Of a stretch of 64,000 nucleotides of DNA, positions 41,617 to 51,245 are shown in pieces; the stretch's first letter is position 1; the number at the start of each line of letters is the position of its first letter. Position numbers and translations under genes: made by a program. The notes under the pieces are model-generated. The model was not told where the DNA came from, ran no database searches, and worked only from the letters and a program-made list of their open reading frames with translations. Origin of the DNA: a bacterium (GTDB lineage Bacteria > UBA8248 > JACPRG01 > G963555815); NCBI GenBank assembly GCA_965261595.1, contig CBDHDG010000005.1:576001-640000 (forward strand), read 5' to 3'.

Positions 41617-42594
41617 ATGATGACCATGAAAGCCGCTGTCATTCGTGAGCCGGGCGCACCTGAGGTGCTGGCGATCGAAGATCTCCCCGTTCCGCATCCG
41701 GCGCCCGGGTAGGTCCTCATCCATGTGAAGGCGTTTGGCCTGAATCGCTCCGAGCTCTTCACCCGACAAGGACACTCGCCCGGGGTCGAGTTTCCCCGCG
41801 TACTCGGTATCGAGGCGGTCGGGACTGTTGAGGAGGCGCCGGGCGGCGAGTTCGAGCCGGGGCAAACCGTAGCAACCGCCAAGGGCGGCATGGGCCGGGC
41901 GTTCGATGGCGGCTACGCCGAGTACACCTGTGTGCCCGCGGGCCAAGTGCAGGCCATTCACACAACGCTGGATTGGCAAACCTTCGGTGCTCTGCCCGAG
42001 ATGATCCAAACCGCGTGGGGATCGCTCAACAGCTCGCTGAAGCTTGAGCGCGGGCAATCATTGCTGATTCGGGGCGGGACCACCTCGGTGGGCCTGGCGG
42101 CCGCGGTGCTTGCCAAAAAGCAAGGCGTCACGGTCGCCGCCACCACACGAAAAGCCGATCGCGAAGCCATGCTGAAAGACAACGGCGCGGACCACGCATT
42201 TATCGACAGCGGCGAGATCGCGGGCGACGTCCGTCGGGTGTTTCCCGAAGGCGTCGACAAAGTGCTGGAACTGGTCGGGACCACCACGTTACTCGACTCA
42301 CTGCAGTGCGCCGCGCGCTTCGGTTCGGTGTGCATGACCGGCATGGTCGGCGACGCCTCGGAGTTTGATCGGTTCAGTCCGTGGGATGCGATACCGTCCA
42401 CGGTCCATCTCACCACTTACTCTGGTGGTTCGACCGATTCCATCGAAACGCCGCTTCAGATGGTGGTGAACGAAGTAGAGGGGGGACGTATGACGCCCAA
42501 GATCGGGCGTGTGTTTCAACTGGATGGGATCGTTGACGCGCACCGCTGCATGGAAGACAACGCAGCCGGCGGCAAGATCGTCGTCCTCACCTGA
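41617..42594 (+). pseudogene. Zinc-independent MDR/quinone oxidoreductase with an in-frame TAG at 41710-41712
   Basis: [45 protein letters not shown]... continues in frame with ORF 41725-42594 (GGTTSVG, GKIVV). Confidence 0.8.
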
Positions 42595-42602
42595 AAGACC
42601 TG

Positions 42603-42705
42603 AAAGGGGTCAAGTCTTTTTTTGATGGAAATGAGACCCAATGACTTTCATCCGCGTCTTGAATCTTCAAAAGAAGAATGAGTCAACAAAAGATTCGACC
42701 CTTTT
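42603..42705. mobile_element. MITE/REP-like element, copy 2 (103 bp)
   Basis: Direct repeat of 39806-39915 lacking the 7-bp GAAATGA duplication; same inverted ends. Confidence 0.75.
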
Positions 42706-42801
42706 ACTTGCACCTTTGCTTGTTGCCCTGGACTGAATCCCACCATTGAGTTTTAATGATATTGACCGGCGAGACAGCCGGTCGCGGATGGAGGCGTGTC
42801 C

Positions 42802-43434
42802 ATGAGCGAGCTGCAAGAACCCATCGTCGTCGTCAAGTATTCCGATTTCACCTGACCCTACTGCTACGTCGCCACCGTGGGTGGCATCCAAATCCTCGAA
42901 CAGGACCCCGACGTCGAGGTGGAGTGGGTAAGCTGGGAAGGGAGACCGCCGGGCGAGCCCTTCTCCGGCTATTCCGAAGAGGTGAAGCGGGAAAAATATC
43001 AGGAGGTTCACAAGCCCATCGCCGAGAAATACGGCGTGCCCATTCGGGTGGCCGGGCCGGACTACCGTACGACGAACGCCCACATCGCCACGTACTACGC
43101 GCGCGACATGGGCCGGTTCAAAGAATTCCGCAACCGGGTCTACAAGGCCCGCTGGGTGGAAGATCTCGACCTCGAAAGCCCCGACGTGCTGGCCAGCCTC
43201 GGTGAGGAGGTGGGTCTTGACGGAAACGGCATCAAACAGGTGATCGCCGAGAAACGCTACCTTGCCCTGCTCCATAGCCAACGGGACCAGGGAAAAAGCC
43301 TGGGCATCCGCGGCATCCCGTCTTTCGCGGTTCAGGGGAAGGTGATATGGAGCGTTGACCCCATTGACGAGGTGAAGGCCGAGGTCGCCCGGGTGAAGCG
43401 GGAACGCCTGGACCAAGAGAAGAACAACGGATAA
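42802..43434 (+). CDS. DsbA/FrnE-like thioredoxin-fold protein, probable selenoprotein (UPYC motif)
   Basis: GGAGG SD, then ATG 42802: MSELQEPIVVVKYSDFT-TGA(42853)-PYCYVA, in frame with ORF 42877-43434, which has the GIRGIPSF cis-Pro motif. Hairpin at 42871-42885. Confidence 0.85.
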
Positions 43435-43534
43435 CGGGCGCCGGGTCTTCCGGCCGGCCGGCGCGAACACATGATGGTTCGGCGCATCGAGGGAGTCAGG
43501 GGGACGCCATGCTTATTTCCGCTTATGCCCCCTT

Positions 43535-44206
43535 CTAATCACCCCGCGTCGCTTCCTCCCATTCGAGCTTGCCGTTACTTTTTCTGATTTGGATTGCGGC
43601 CATATATCCACCGGCCCACACCGATATGCTTCTTTTCTTCGCGCCGTTCACCCGGAGGACGGCGTCCCCTTTTTGATGGACATTCAGCAGGACTCTGCGC
43701 CGCTGACGCTTGTCGTAGAGGCTGAGGTTCGCGACGCCCAGCTTTGTCCGGGTTCTCTGATTTCCATCAAAGAGTGAAACGAGGGGGTTCCCTTTGGCAT
43801 TTACGTTCGCGCGCAGCCGAAGTTTCCCCCGGATGCCGTCATACAAGCTCATCCCGCGCTCGGAAACGACCACCCGTACAATCCCCTTTTTGCCCAGGAG
43901 TCGAAATCCCTCCCGGTTCAGCCGGAGGCCTTCCTTTCCACCTTTTCGGTAGAGGTAAATAAGTCCCCCGTAAAAGGCGCCTCGCATATTCCCCTTTGCG
44001 TCCCGCATTTCAAGCCCGGTTTCAGTCAGCCTGACGGTCCTTCCGGATTTGCCCTTGATCAGAATGGACCTGGCAACGATTTGTTTGGGGACGTGCTTGG
44101 CGCCCATGAGGGCGCCGGAGACACCCAAGATGGCGATCAGGGCGACGACTTGCTTGAGCCTCCGGTTTTGCCTCTCCAGCTTGTCCATCCGTTTTTCTAT
44201 CGTCAT
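43535..44206 (-). CDS. Hypothetical basic protein: short coiled coil, hydrophobic anchor, repeated beta-like units
   Basis: AAGGAG SD; MTIEKRMDKLERQNRRLK, TM segment, then repeats such as LSLYDKRQRRRV, MSLYDGIRGKLRL and VSLFDGNQRTRTKL. Confidence 0.7.
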   Translation of the reverse strand: MTIEKRMDKLERQNRRLKQVVALIAILGVSGALMGAKHVPKQIVARSILIKGKSGRTVRLTETGLEMRDAKGNMRGAFYGGLIYLYRKGGKEGLRLNREGFRLLGKKGIVRVVVSERGMSLYDGIRGKLRLRANVNAKGNPLVSLFDGNQRTRTKLGVANLSLYDKRQRRRVLLNVHQKGDAVLRVNGAKKRSISVWAGGYMAAIQIRKSNGKLEWEEATRGD

Positions 44207-44393
44207 CGGTGAGTCTCCTTCTCTCTCATCGCGGTTATGAGAAAATCAGTAATGCGCTACGGACCACCCGAGACGGAGGACCATCCAACCCGCGAGGTCA
44301 ATACACGACCACGCCGCCGCCTTGCTCTGATAGGACACCATTGAGATGAATGGGTTCAGAAAAGATTGGGGTCAAGAAAAGATTGAGAAACGA

Positions 44394-45240
44394 ATGGGGT
44401 CAGGTCTTGAATATTATGTGGAAAGCGAGATCGGCGGGCATCGCCGTGTGGCCGCTCTGGATTGAAGAAGGCGAAGAACCGAAGGCCAAGGCGATCCACA
44501 GATTACGCAGATTTGTGAAGGGCAAGAATAGAGACACAATTCGGCCGGGACCCCCGAGATTCATTGCGCCAAAGACGTTGTAATGAGCGCAACGCCCTCA
44601 ACCGCAGCTTGGCCGGCGTGCAAGCGCCATGGGGTCAGGTCTTGAATATTATGCGGAAAACGAGATCGGCGGGCATCCCGTGTGGCCGCTCTGGATTGAA
44701 GAAGGCGAAGAACCGAAGGCCAAGGCGATCCACAGATTACGCAGATTTGTGAAGGGCAAGAATAGAGACACAATTCGGCCGGGACCCCCGAGATTCGTTG
44801 CGCCAAAGACGTTGTAATGAGCCAACGCCCTCAACCGCAGCTTGGCCGGCGTGCAAGCGCCATGGGGTCAGGTCTTGAATGTTATGCGGAAAGCGAGATC
44901 GGCGGGCATCCCGTGTGGCCGCTCTGGATTGAAGAAGACGAAGAACCGAAGGCCAAGGCGATCCACAGATTACGCAGATTACGCAGATTTGTGAAGGGCA
45001 AGAATAGAGACACAATTCGGCCGGGACCCCCGAGATTCATTGCGCCAAAGACGTTGTAATGAGCGCAACGCCCTCAACCGCAGCTTGGCCGGCGTGCAAG
45101 CGCCATGGGGTCAGGTCTTGAATATTATGCGGAAAGCGAGATCGGCGGGCATCCCGCGTGGCCGCTCTGGATTGAAGAAGGCGAAGAACCGAAGACCAAG
45201 GCGATCCACAGATTACGCAGATTACGCAGATTTGTGAAGG
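44394..45240. repeat. Tandem array of ~235-243-bp units (3 full copies plus 1 partial)
   Basis: Units begin ATGGGGTCAGGTCTTGAAT at 44394, 44629, 44862 and 45105. An internal 9-bp GATTACGCA is single in copies 1-2 and doubled in copies 3-4. Confidence 0.95.
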
Positions 45241-45465
45241 ATAAGGCAAGACACAAGGGCGGTTCTTCAGTCGGTTGGCAGCCTGCCCCCGCCCGAACAT
45301 ACCTGCACAAGCAGAAGGATCATCGGTCCGAACGTCCGTGCACCCTCGGTTAAGAGGAGGCACTGGCGGGCAAGCCCCAGTGGCACACGCTTTGGTACAA
45401 TCGTAGCGGGCCGGATGAGGACCTGAAAATTCGATAAGGCTTTCGTCGCAAGAGGGAAACTGAAA

Positions 45466-45945
45466 ATGCCAAAGACGAACGGAATTCATCACATCACGAT
45501 GATCTGTCGGGACATGGAGGAAACCACCCGGTTTTACACCGAGCTTTTGGACATGCGGCTGGTCAAGCAAACCGTCAACTTCGACGACCCTTCCTCGAAA
45601 CACTTCTACTTCGGCGACGAGGCCGGCTCGCCCGGGACGGTCCTGACGTTCTTCGAGAACCCGGAAGGCAGACCTGCCAAAATGGGTGTCGGGATCACGC
45701 ACCATATCGCCCTGTCCGTGAAGGATGACGCCGAGCAGATGGCCTGGAAGGAAACGCTCGAGGCTGCGGGCGTGTCGGTCGCCGGACCCTTCGACCGGAC
45801 GTATTTCAAGTCGATCTATTTCCACGACCCCAGCGGGATCATCGTCGAGATGGCGACGGAAGGACCCGGTTTCGCGGTGGACGAGCCCATCAAGGAGCTG
45901 GGCTCGAAGTTGATCCTCCCGGATCCTTCTAAGACGAGAGGATAA
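45466..45945 (+). CDS. VOC/glyoxalase-family protein (MhqO-like single module)
   Basis: GIHHIT, LVKQTVNFDDP, HFYFGD, THHIAL, DRTYFKSIYFHDPSG and EMATEGPGF. Confidence 0.88.
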   Translation: MPKTNGIHHITMICRDMEETTRFYTELLDMRLVKQTVNFDDPSSKHFYFGDEAGSPGTVLTFFENPEGRPAKMGVGITHHIALSVKDDAEQMAWKETLEAAGVSVAGPFDRTYFKSIYFHDPSGIIVEMATEGPGFAVDEPIKELGSKLILPDPSKTRG

Positions 45946-45957
45946 CGGACGAAATCT

Positions 45958-46030
45958 TTGGGGGACATTTTGAAAACTGTCCCCCAAACCCCCTCGAAAA
46001 CTTTTGACGGCCAAGCCTGCGGCTTGGCCT
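45958..46030 (+). repeat. Double-hairpin dispersed repeat (GGGGACATTTTGAAAACTGTCCCC family)
   Basis: The same core occurs at about 39670-39712 (+) and 48786-48825 (-); a variant occurs at 27921-27998. Confidence 0.75.
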
Positions 46031-46185
46031 TTCCCGCGCTTGGAGGGGGATTCACATCGCGTCGGTCTGTATGGCGCGGATTAATCGCGTCTTTTCTCTT
46101 ATCGGAAGGACAGGCTTGGTTCCCGCACCCACCCGATGATTTCCCACGAAGGGTTTCAGGAGGTTCCCAACCTCCGGAATGTTTT

Positions 46186-47411
46186 TCACCCTCGCCTTGG
46201 CAGGGCCGTCCAGTAGATGGCGAACGAGACGAGCGCCACGGCGCTGGACGCGAAGAACAGCCCATCGATCCCGAGAGAGCGGAAAAACGTCCCGGCCAGG
46301 GCCGCCCCGGCGATCCTGCCGGCCCCGTACGTCGAGGCCGAGAACAGCGCCTGGCCGCTGCTCTTGAGCGACTCCGGCGTATTCCTGTACACAAACCCGA
46401 CGCTCGCCACGTGGAAGGCCGCAAAGGTGAAGGCGTGCAGGAGCGAGATGGACAGGAAGGCCCAGGGCCCTTGGGCGAACGGATAGAGAGACCACCGGAT
46501 CACCGCCGCCCCGGCCGACATCAGGAGAAGCGTTCGGGTTCCCCACCGCTCCAGGAGTTTTCCCGAGAACATCAGGAAAACCACCTCCGCCGCGACGCCC
46601 ACCGAGAAGGACCAGCCGATCACCCAGCCGGGAAGCCCGAGGGTTTTCATGTGGATGGGCAGGAATGTCCACAAAGCCCCATGGCTCGTCCGCAGGAAGA
46701 ATCCCGCCGCCAGGAAGGCGACGAACTGCGGCCGCTTGAGGAGCGCGGCGATCTCCGGACCCAGCCGCGCGCGCGTCCCCCCCCTTTTTCTCTCCGACGG
46801 GAGCGTCAAAGCCAAAAGGGCCTGGATCCCCGCCGCGGCCAGGAAAACGTAAACCATCGCCCGGATCGAGAAGGCGTCCACCAGGTAGCCGATAAAGAGA
46901 CTCGCCGTAATGAATCCGACCGACCCCCACAACCGGAATCCCCCGTAGGCCGCCGGTCTGTTTCTCTCCCTGACGGCCCCTTCCGGATCGGGTTCGGGCT
47001 GCTCGTTTTTATCCGGTCCAGGTGTTCCAGCGTCGCGCTCTCGACGAGCGGGAGGGTCGAGGTCCGGAAAGCGGCAAAGGCGAACACCACGGCCGCCAGG
47101 GCCGGAAAGGTCTCCGCGACGAGCAGCCCGGAGAAAAGCCCTCCGCCCGCCGCCGAGAGGCAAAAAATGAGGACTTTGCGGTTCCTGAACTTGTCGGCGA
47201 CCATCCCCCAAAGGGGCGGGGCCAAAACGGCCCCCAGCGGCATCAAGGCCCAGACCGTTCCCACCTCGGCCCCGCTCAGCCCCCGCGATTGAAGGAAGAT
47301 GCTGAGGTACGGCCCGTAAACCCCCAGACCGAAAAAGGCGAGGAAATAGAACCCCCGGAGGGTGAACGAAAGGGGCGGAAAGGGGCGGGGCCGGGAATCG
47401 CGCAAATTCAA
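46186..47411 (-). CDS. MFS transporter (HcaT/YegT-like), frameshifted between about 46950 and 47020
   Basis: N-half (PYLSIFL, LWGMVADK, LPLVESATL) is in ORF 46806-47411. C-half (YGGFRLWGSVGF, LLHAFTFA, SGQALF) is in ORF 46186-47442. Confidence 0.8.
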
Positions 47412-47567
47412 CGGTCTCCAGAGGAGGCATCGGGTGCGTCACGGGCCAAGATTAGAAAGGGAGGAGGGTTCGGGTCAAGGTCCGGTCCGTGATAAGATGC
47501 GCTTCGATTCGACCGAGCCGACGCCGTCCCCCGGGAGAGCGCGCACGTGAAGCCGACCCTTGAGCCG

Positions 47568-48554
47568 ATGAAGACGAACCCGAAACGCCCGGACCGGGGC
47601 CGGCGCCCATGGGCCGGGCTCCGCCGTCTCTCACCCGCGCTCCCCGTCCTCCTGGCAGTCGCCGGCGGACTGACCGGCTGCATCTCGACGGAAGACTACA
47701 ACCAAATCGTAGCGGAAAGGAACAAATGGCGGACCTCCGCCCTGGATCTGGACACCCAGTACAAACATCTCCGGGCCGTTCTGGACGACTGGATCAAGGC
47801 CCACAAGGTGCTCGAGGAGCGGGTGAAGCGATTCTCCGTCACGCGGCGCGCCGCCGTCGTCCCCCGGGACACGCGGCGGGAGATCGGCCGGCTCAAAAAA
47901 CAGGTGGAGCGGTACACCCGGGAGATCGCCATCCTCGAGGCCAAGGCCCAAAGGCTCGAAGAGGACCGCGACGCCTTCCAGGACTGGTACAAAATCTATC
48001 GCCGGCGCTACCGGCAGGCCGTCCTCCGCGAGCAGCGGCTCCAGCGCAAAAGCAAGGTCTACGAGCGGATGGTGAAGAACCTGGAATCCGATGTCGAGAA
48101 GGGCAACCTCAAGCTCCAGGAGGCCCAGGGCCGTCTGACAGTCAGCGTCCTCGACAAAATCGTCTTCGCCCCGGGAGGCCTGGAGATCAGCCCGGAAGGA
48201 AAGGTCGTTCTCAAGAAGCTGGCGAACCTTCTGAAGGGATTGACGGGCAAGCGCATCCAGGTCGAGGGCCACACGGACGCTCTGCCCGTGCGTCCCATGG
48301 CCGACCGCCGCTACCGCGACAACTGGGAGCTCTCCACCCTGCGGGCCTCGGCCGTCGTCCGGTTCCTCCAGGAAGCCGGCGGTGTGGACCCGACCCTCCT
48401 GTCCGCCGTCGGCCACGGTCCGTTCCAGCCCGTCGCGACCAATGCCACGCCGGAAGGCCGGCAAAAGAACCGCCGAATCGAAATCGTCCTGACCCCCCTG
48501 CCGAAACGGACCATCACGCGGACCCCCTCCCCGGACGGCGCCCCCGCGCGGTGA
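47568..48554 (+). CDS. OmpA/MotB-family lipoprotein with long coiled coil
   Basis: LTGC lipobox, coiled coil, VEGHTD, NWELSTLRA and NRRIEI. Confidence 0.85.
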   Translation: MKTNPKRPDRGRRPWAGLRRLSPALPVLLAVAGGLTGCISTEDYNQIVAERNKWRTSALDLDTQYKHLRAVLDDWIKAHKVLEERVKRFSVTRRAAVVPRDTRREIGRLKKQVERYTREIAILEAKAQRLEEDRDAFQDWYKIYRRRYRQAVLREQRLQRKSKVYERMVKNLESDVEKGNLKLQEAQGRLTVSVLDKIVFAPGGLEISPEGKVVLKKLANLLKGLTGKRIQVEGHTDALPVRPMADRRYRDNWELSTLRASAVVRFLQEAGGVDPTLLSAVGHGPFQPVATNATPEGRQKNRRIEIVLTPLPKRTITRTPSPDGAPAR

Positions 48555-48700
48555 GGGGGAAGTCTCCCCGGGGGCCTTGAATCGTCGTGGTCCTCAAGCG
48601 GACGATCGATGTGATGGCGGAGATCGGCGAGGCGAAACCCGAATGCCCGATTCGGTAGGTGATTCAGAGGAAGCCGGGTAAGCCGCGAACGGAGCAAGGC

Positions 48701-48728
48701 GAGATTCCTCACTTCGTTCGGAATGACA
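48701..48728. repeat. REP-like palindromic unit (GAGATTCCTCACTTCGTTCGGAATGACA)
   Basis: Imperfect hairpin of a widespread intergenic repeat type (reads VIPNEVRNL/CHSERSEES on the minus strand). Confidence 0.55.
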
Positions 48729-48839
48729 AGCCCGTGAAGTTTGCAAGCGACTGAGATTCTCTGGGATTTTTTGATTGTGCCCAATGGGGGTTTCAGGGGG
48801 ACAGTTTTCAAAATGTCCCCCTGAAAGATTGGGGAAATC

Positions 48840-50252
48840 ATGAGCTTTCTGATCAAGAACGGTTACGTCGTCACGATGAACCCCGATCGGGAGGTCTTTG
48901 ACGGGGGGTTCGTCGCCGTGGAGGGCAGCCGGATCGAGGGCGTCGGGCCTGCCTCCGCCCTGCCCGGGAAGACCTACGACGAAAACCTCGACGCCTCGGG
49001 GATGATCGTCCTGCCCGGGCTGATCAACATGCACCAGCATCACTGGTACAACCTCTTCAAGGGCCTGTGCGACGGGGTGCTTCTCGAGCCCTGGGTCTTC
49101 GACTTCGTGCTGCCCATCACCCGCCTCCTGACGGCGGACGACCTGCGGGCCTCGGCCTATCTTGGCGCGCTGGAGATGGTCCGGACGGGGACGACGTGCT
49201 GCCTCAACCACTCCGTCACGACGACCTTCGAGGACGAGACGGCGGCCACGATCGAGCCGATGGCCGAGGTGGGATTCCGGCAGGTGTTCGCCAAGGATTT
49301 CCGCTCGAAGACGCCCGGAAACCCCGACCACCCCCACACCCCGCAAGAGGCCGGGGCGTTCATCGGGGAGCTGGTGGACAAGTGGCACGGGGCGCGGGAC
49401 GGCCTGATCCGGATGGCCCTGGTCATCGAATCCAACGCCCACTGGATGGCGGCGGGCATGAGATCGGAAGCGTTGATCCAGAGCGGCTACGAGCTGGCCA
49501 AGGGCAAGGACCTCAAGATCTCCGACCACGTCGCCGCCGGGACGCTCTCGATGGAGATGGGCTACCTGAAATACCTCCGCGAGACCGGCCGCACGGACGT
49601 GGCCTACCTCATGGAGGGGGGCTATCTGGATGACCGGTGGCTCATGATCCACGGCATCCACATCAGTGACACCGACATCGCCATGATGAAGGAGGCCGGC
49701 TCGCCCCTGGTCTATACGCCCACGAGCGAATCCATGCGGGGCGGGGGCATCGTCCCGGCGGCCAAGGCCGCCCGGGCGGGCGTGAACGTTTCCCTGGGCA
49801 CGGACGGCCCCATGGTGGATTACTCCGTGGACATGGTGGAGCAGATGAAGGTGTGCACCCTGATGCAGCACATCCGCCACCTGGACCCGACGATGATGCC
49901 CATCGAGCGCTCGCTCGAGATGGCCACGATCAACGGAGCGAAGGCCCTGGGGATGGAGGGGGAGATCGGATCCATCGAGGCCGGAAAGCGCGCGGACGTC
50001 GCCGCCTTCGACATGAGCGGCCCCCACGTCCAGGTGGTCCATAAGCCCCTGTCGAACTTCGTCTGCTGCGGCCGGGGGGCGGACGCCCACACGGTCCTCA
50101 TCGACGGCAGGCCCATCCTCCGCGAGGGCCGGTTCACCGAGTTCACGGACGTGGACGAGGTCATTCGCGAGGCCACCGAGCGGGGCCGGGCCATCGCCGG
50201 GAAAGCGGGCCACTCGGACCGCGCGCGGCTCAACTGGCCGGGCGCGTCATAG
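48840..50252 (+). CDS. Amidohydrolase (AtzA/MtaD/SsnA-like metallo-hydrolase)
   Basis: PGLINMHQH, GTT, IHG, LGTDG, ATINGAKALG and GSIEAGKRAD. Confidence 0.9.
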   Translation: MSFLIKNGYVVTMNPDREVFDGGFVAVEGSRIEGVGPASALPGKTYDENLDASGMIVLPGLINMHQHHWYNLFKGLCDGVLLEPWVFDFVLPITRLLTADDLRASAYLGALEMVRTGTTCCLNHSVTTTFEDETAATIEPMAEVGFRQVFAKDFRSKTPGNPDHPHTPQEAGAFIGELVDKWHGARDGLIRMALVIESNAHWMAAGMRSEALIQSGYELAKGKDLKISDHVAAGTLSMEMGYLKYLRETGRTDVAYLMEGGYLDDRWLMIHGIHISDTDIAMMKEAGSPLVYTPTSESMRGGGIVPAAKAARAGVNVSLGTDGPMVDYSVDMVEQMKVCTLMQHIRHLDPTMMPIERSLEMATINGAKALGMEGEIGSIEAGKRADVAAFDMSGPHVQVVHKPLSNFVCCGRGADAHTVLIDGRPILREGRFTEFTDVDEVIREATERGRAIAGKAGHSDRARLNWPGAS

Positions 50253-50445
50253 AAGCTCAACCGCCGGGGGGGGGAGGGGGGGCGTTTCCCACTCGCGCGG
50301 GGCGCCCCGGTTCGTCGGTCGGTTTCACAGAGTGGTTTCCTCTCAGATGAATTTGTTATGATTCCCCATTCTTTTTCATAAGACGAATCATCCGGTCATG
50401 ACGGTTTCCGGGACGGAATGGGCGTCCCATGAGCGGCAGAAATCC

Positions 50446-51245
50446 ATGGAAGTACAGGTCAACGACGTTTCGAAAGTCTGGGGCGTGGACATCGACCAGC
50501 CGGTGGAGGCGCTGGAGTCCATCACGCACACATTTCCATCTCAAAGGTTCACCTGCCTTCTGGGGCCTTCCGGGTGCGGAAAGAGCACCCTCCTCCAGAT
50601 CATCGCGGGACTGACCTCCCTGACGTCGGGGGGGATCGATGTCGTGGACCCGGGAAACGGCCGCCGGGCCGCGTTGGGGGAAAACTCCACCATGGTCTGG
50701 CAGAGCTTCAACCTCTTCCCCTGGCTGAACGTTGTCGACAACATCGCCTTCGGCCTCAAGATGGAAGGCGTCGGAAGGGAAGAGCGCCGCCGCCGCGCGC
50801 AGGAGTACATCGACTATGTGGCCTCGTAGGGTTTGAAACCCATCTTCCCCGGCAGCTCTCTGGCGGGATGAAGCAGCGGGTCGGGCTGGCCCGGGCCCTG
50901 ATCAAAGACCCCGACATCCTCTTGATGGACGAGCCTTTCGGCGCCCTGGACGCCCAGACGAAGATCGTCATGCAGGAAGAAGTCCAGCGCCTCTACCTCC
51001 AGACCCACAAGACGGTCATCTTCGTCACGCACGCCATCGACGAGTCGATCCTTCTGGCGGACGAGGTCGTCGTCATGACGGCCCGGCCGGGCCGGGTCAA
51101 GGAGGTGGTCCCCATCGACCTGCCCAGACCCCGTTCGCTGGACCACATGAACTCTCAAGCGTTCGGTGAATTGTTCAACCGGATCTATCACCTCATCAAG
51201 GAGGAGGTCGAGCGGTCCATGGCGAGCGAGCGGGTGACGGCATGA
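50446..51245 (+). CDS. NitT/TauT-family ABC ATPase, frameshifted at about 50820 (one G missing)
   Basis: GPSGCGKST is in ORF 50398-50829; LSGGMKQR and MDEPFGALD are in ORF 50574-51245. GTG GCC TCG would read GTG GGC CTC (YVGLVGFE) with one more G. Confidence 0.85.

Noticed and set aside
41710..41712. Pyrrolysine codon
   Set aside because: The position is non-catalytic in an unrelated enzyme family, there are no pyl genes in the window, and TAG is used as a normal stop elsewhere.
44394..45240. CRISPR array or an array of small protein genes
   Set aside because: Units are ~235 bp with no unique spacers and there are no cas genes. The 62-82-aa ORFs lack an SD, copy 1 is frameshifted, and the differences are non-synonymous.
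46186..51245. Programmed frameshifts in the MFS gene (about 46950-47020) and the ABC ATPase (about 50820)
   Set aside because: No slippery site or stimulatory structure is evident. These are single-base indels like others in this window, most simply sequencing errors or recent lesions.
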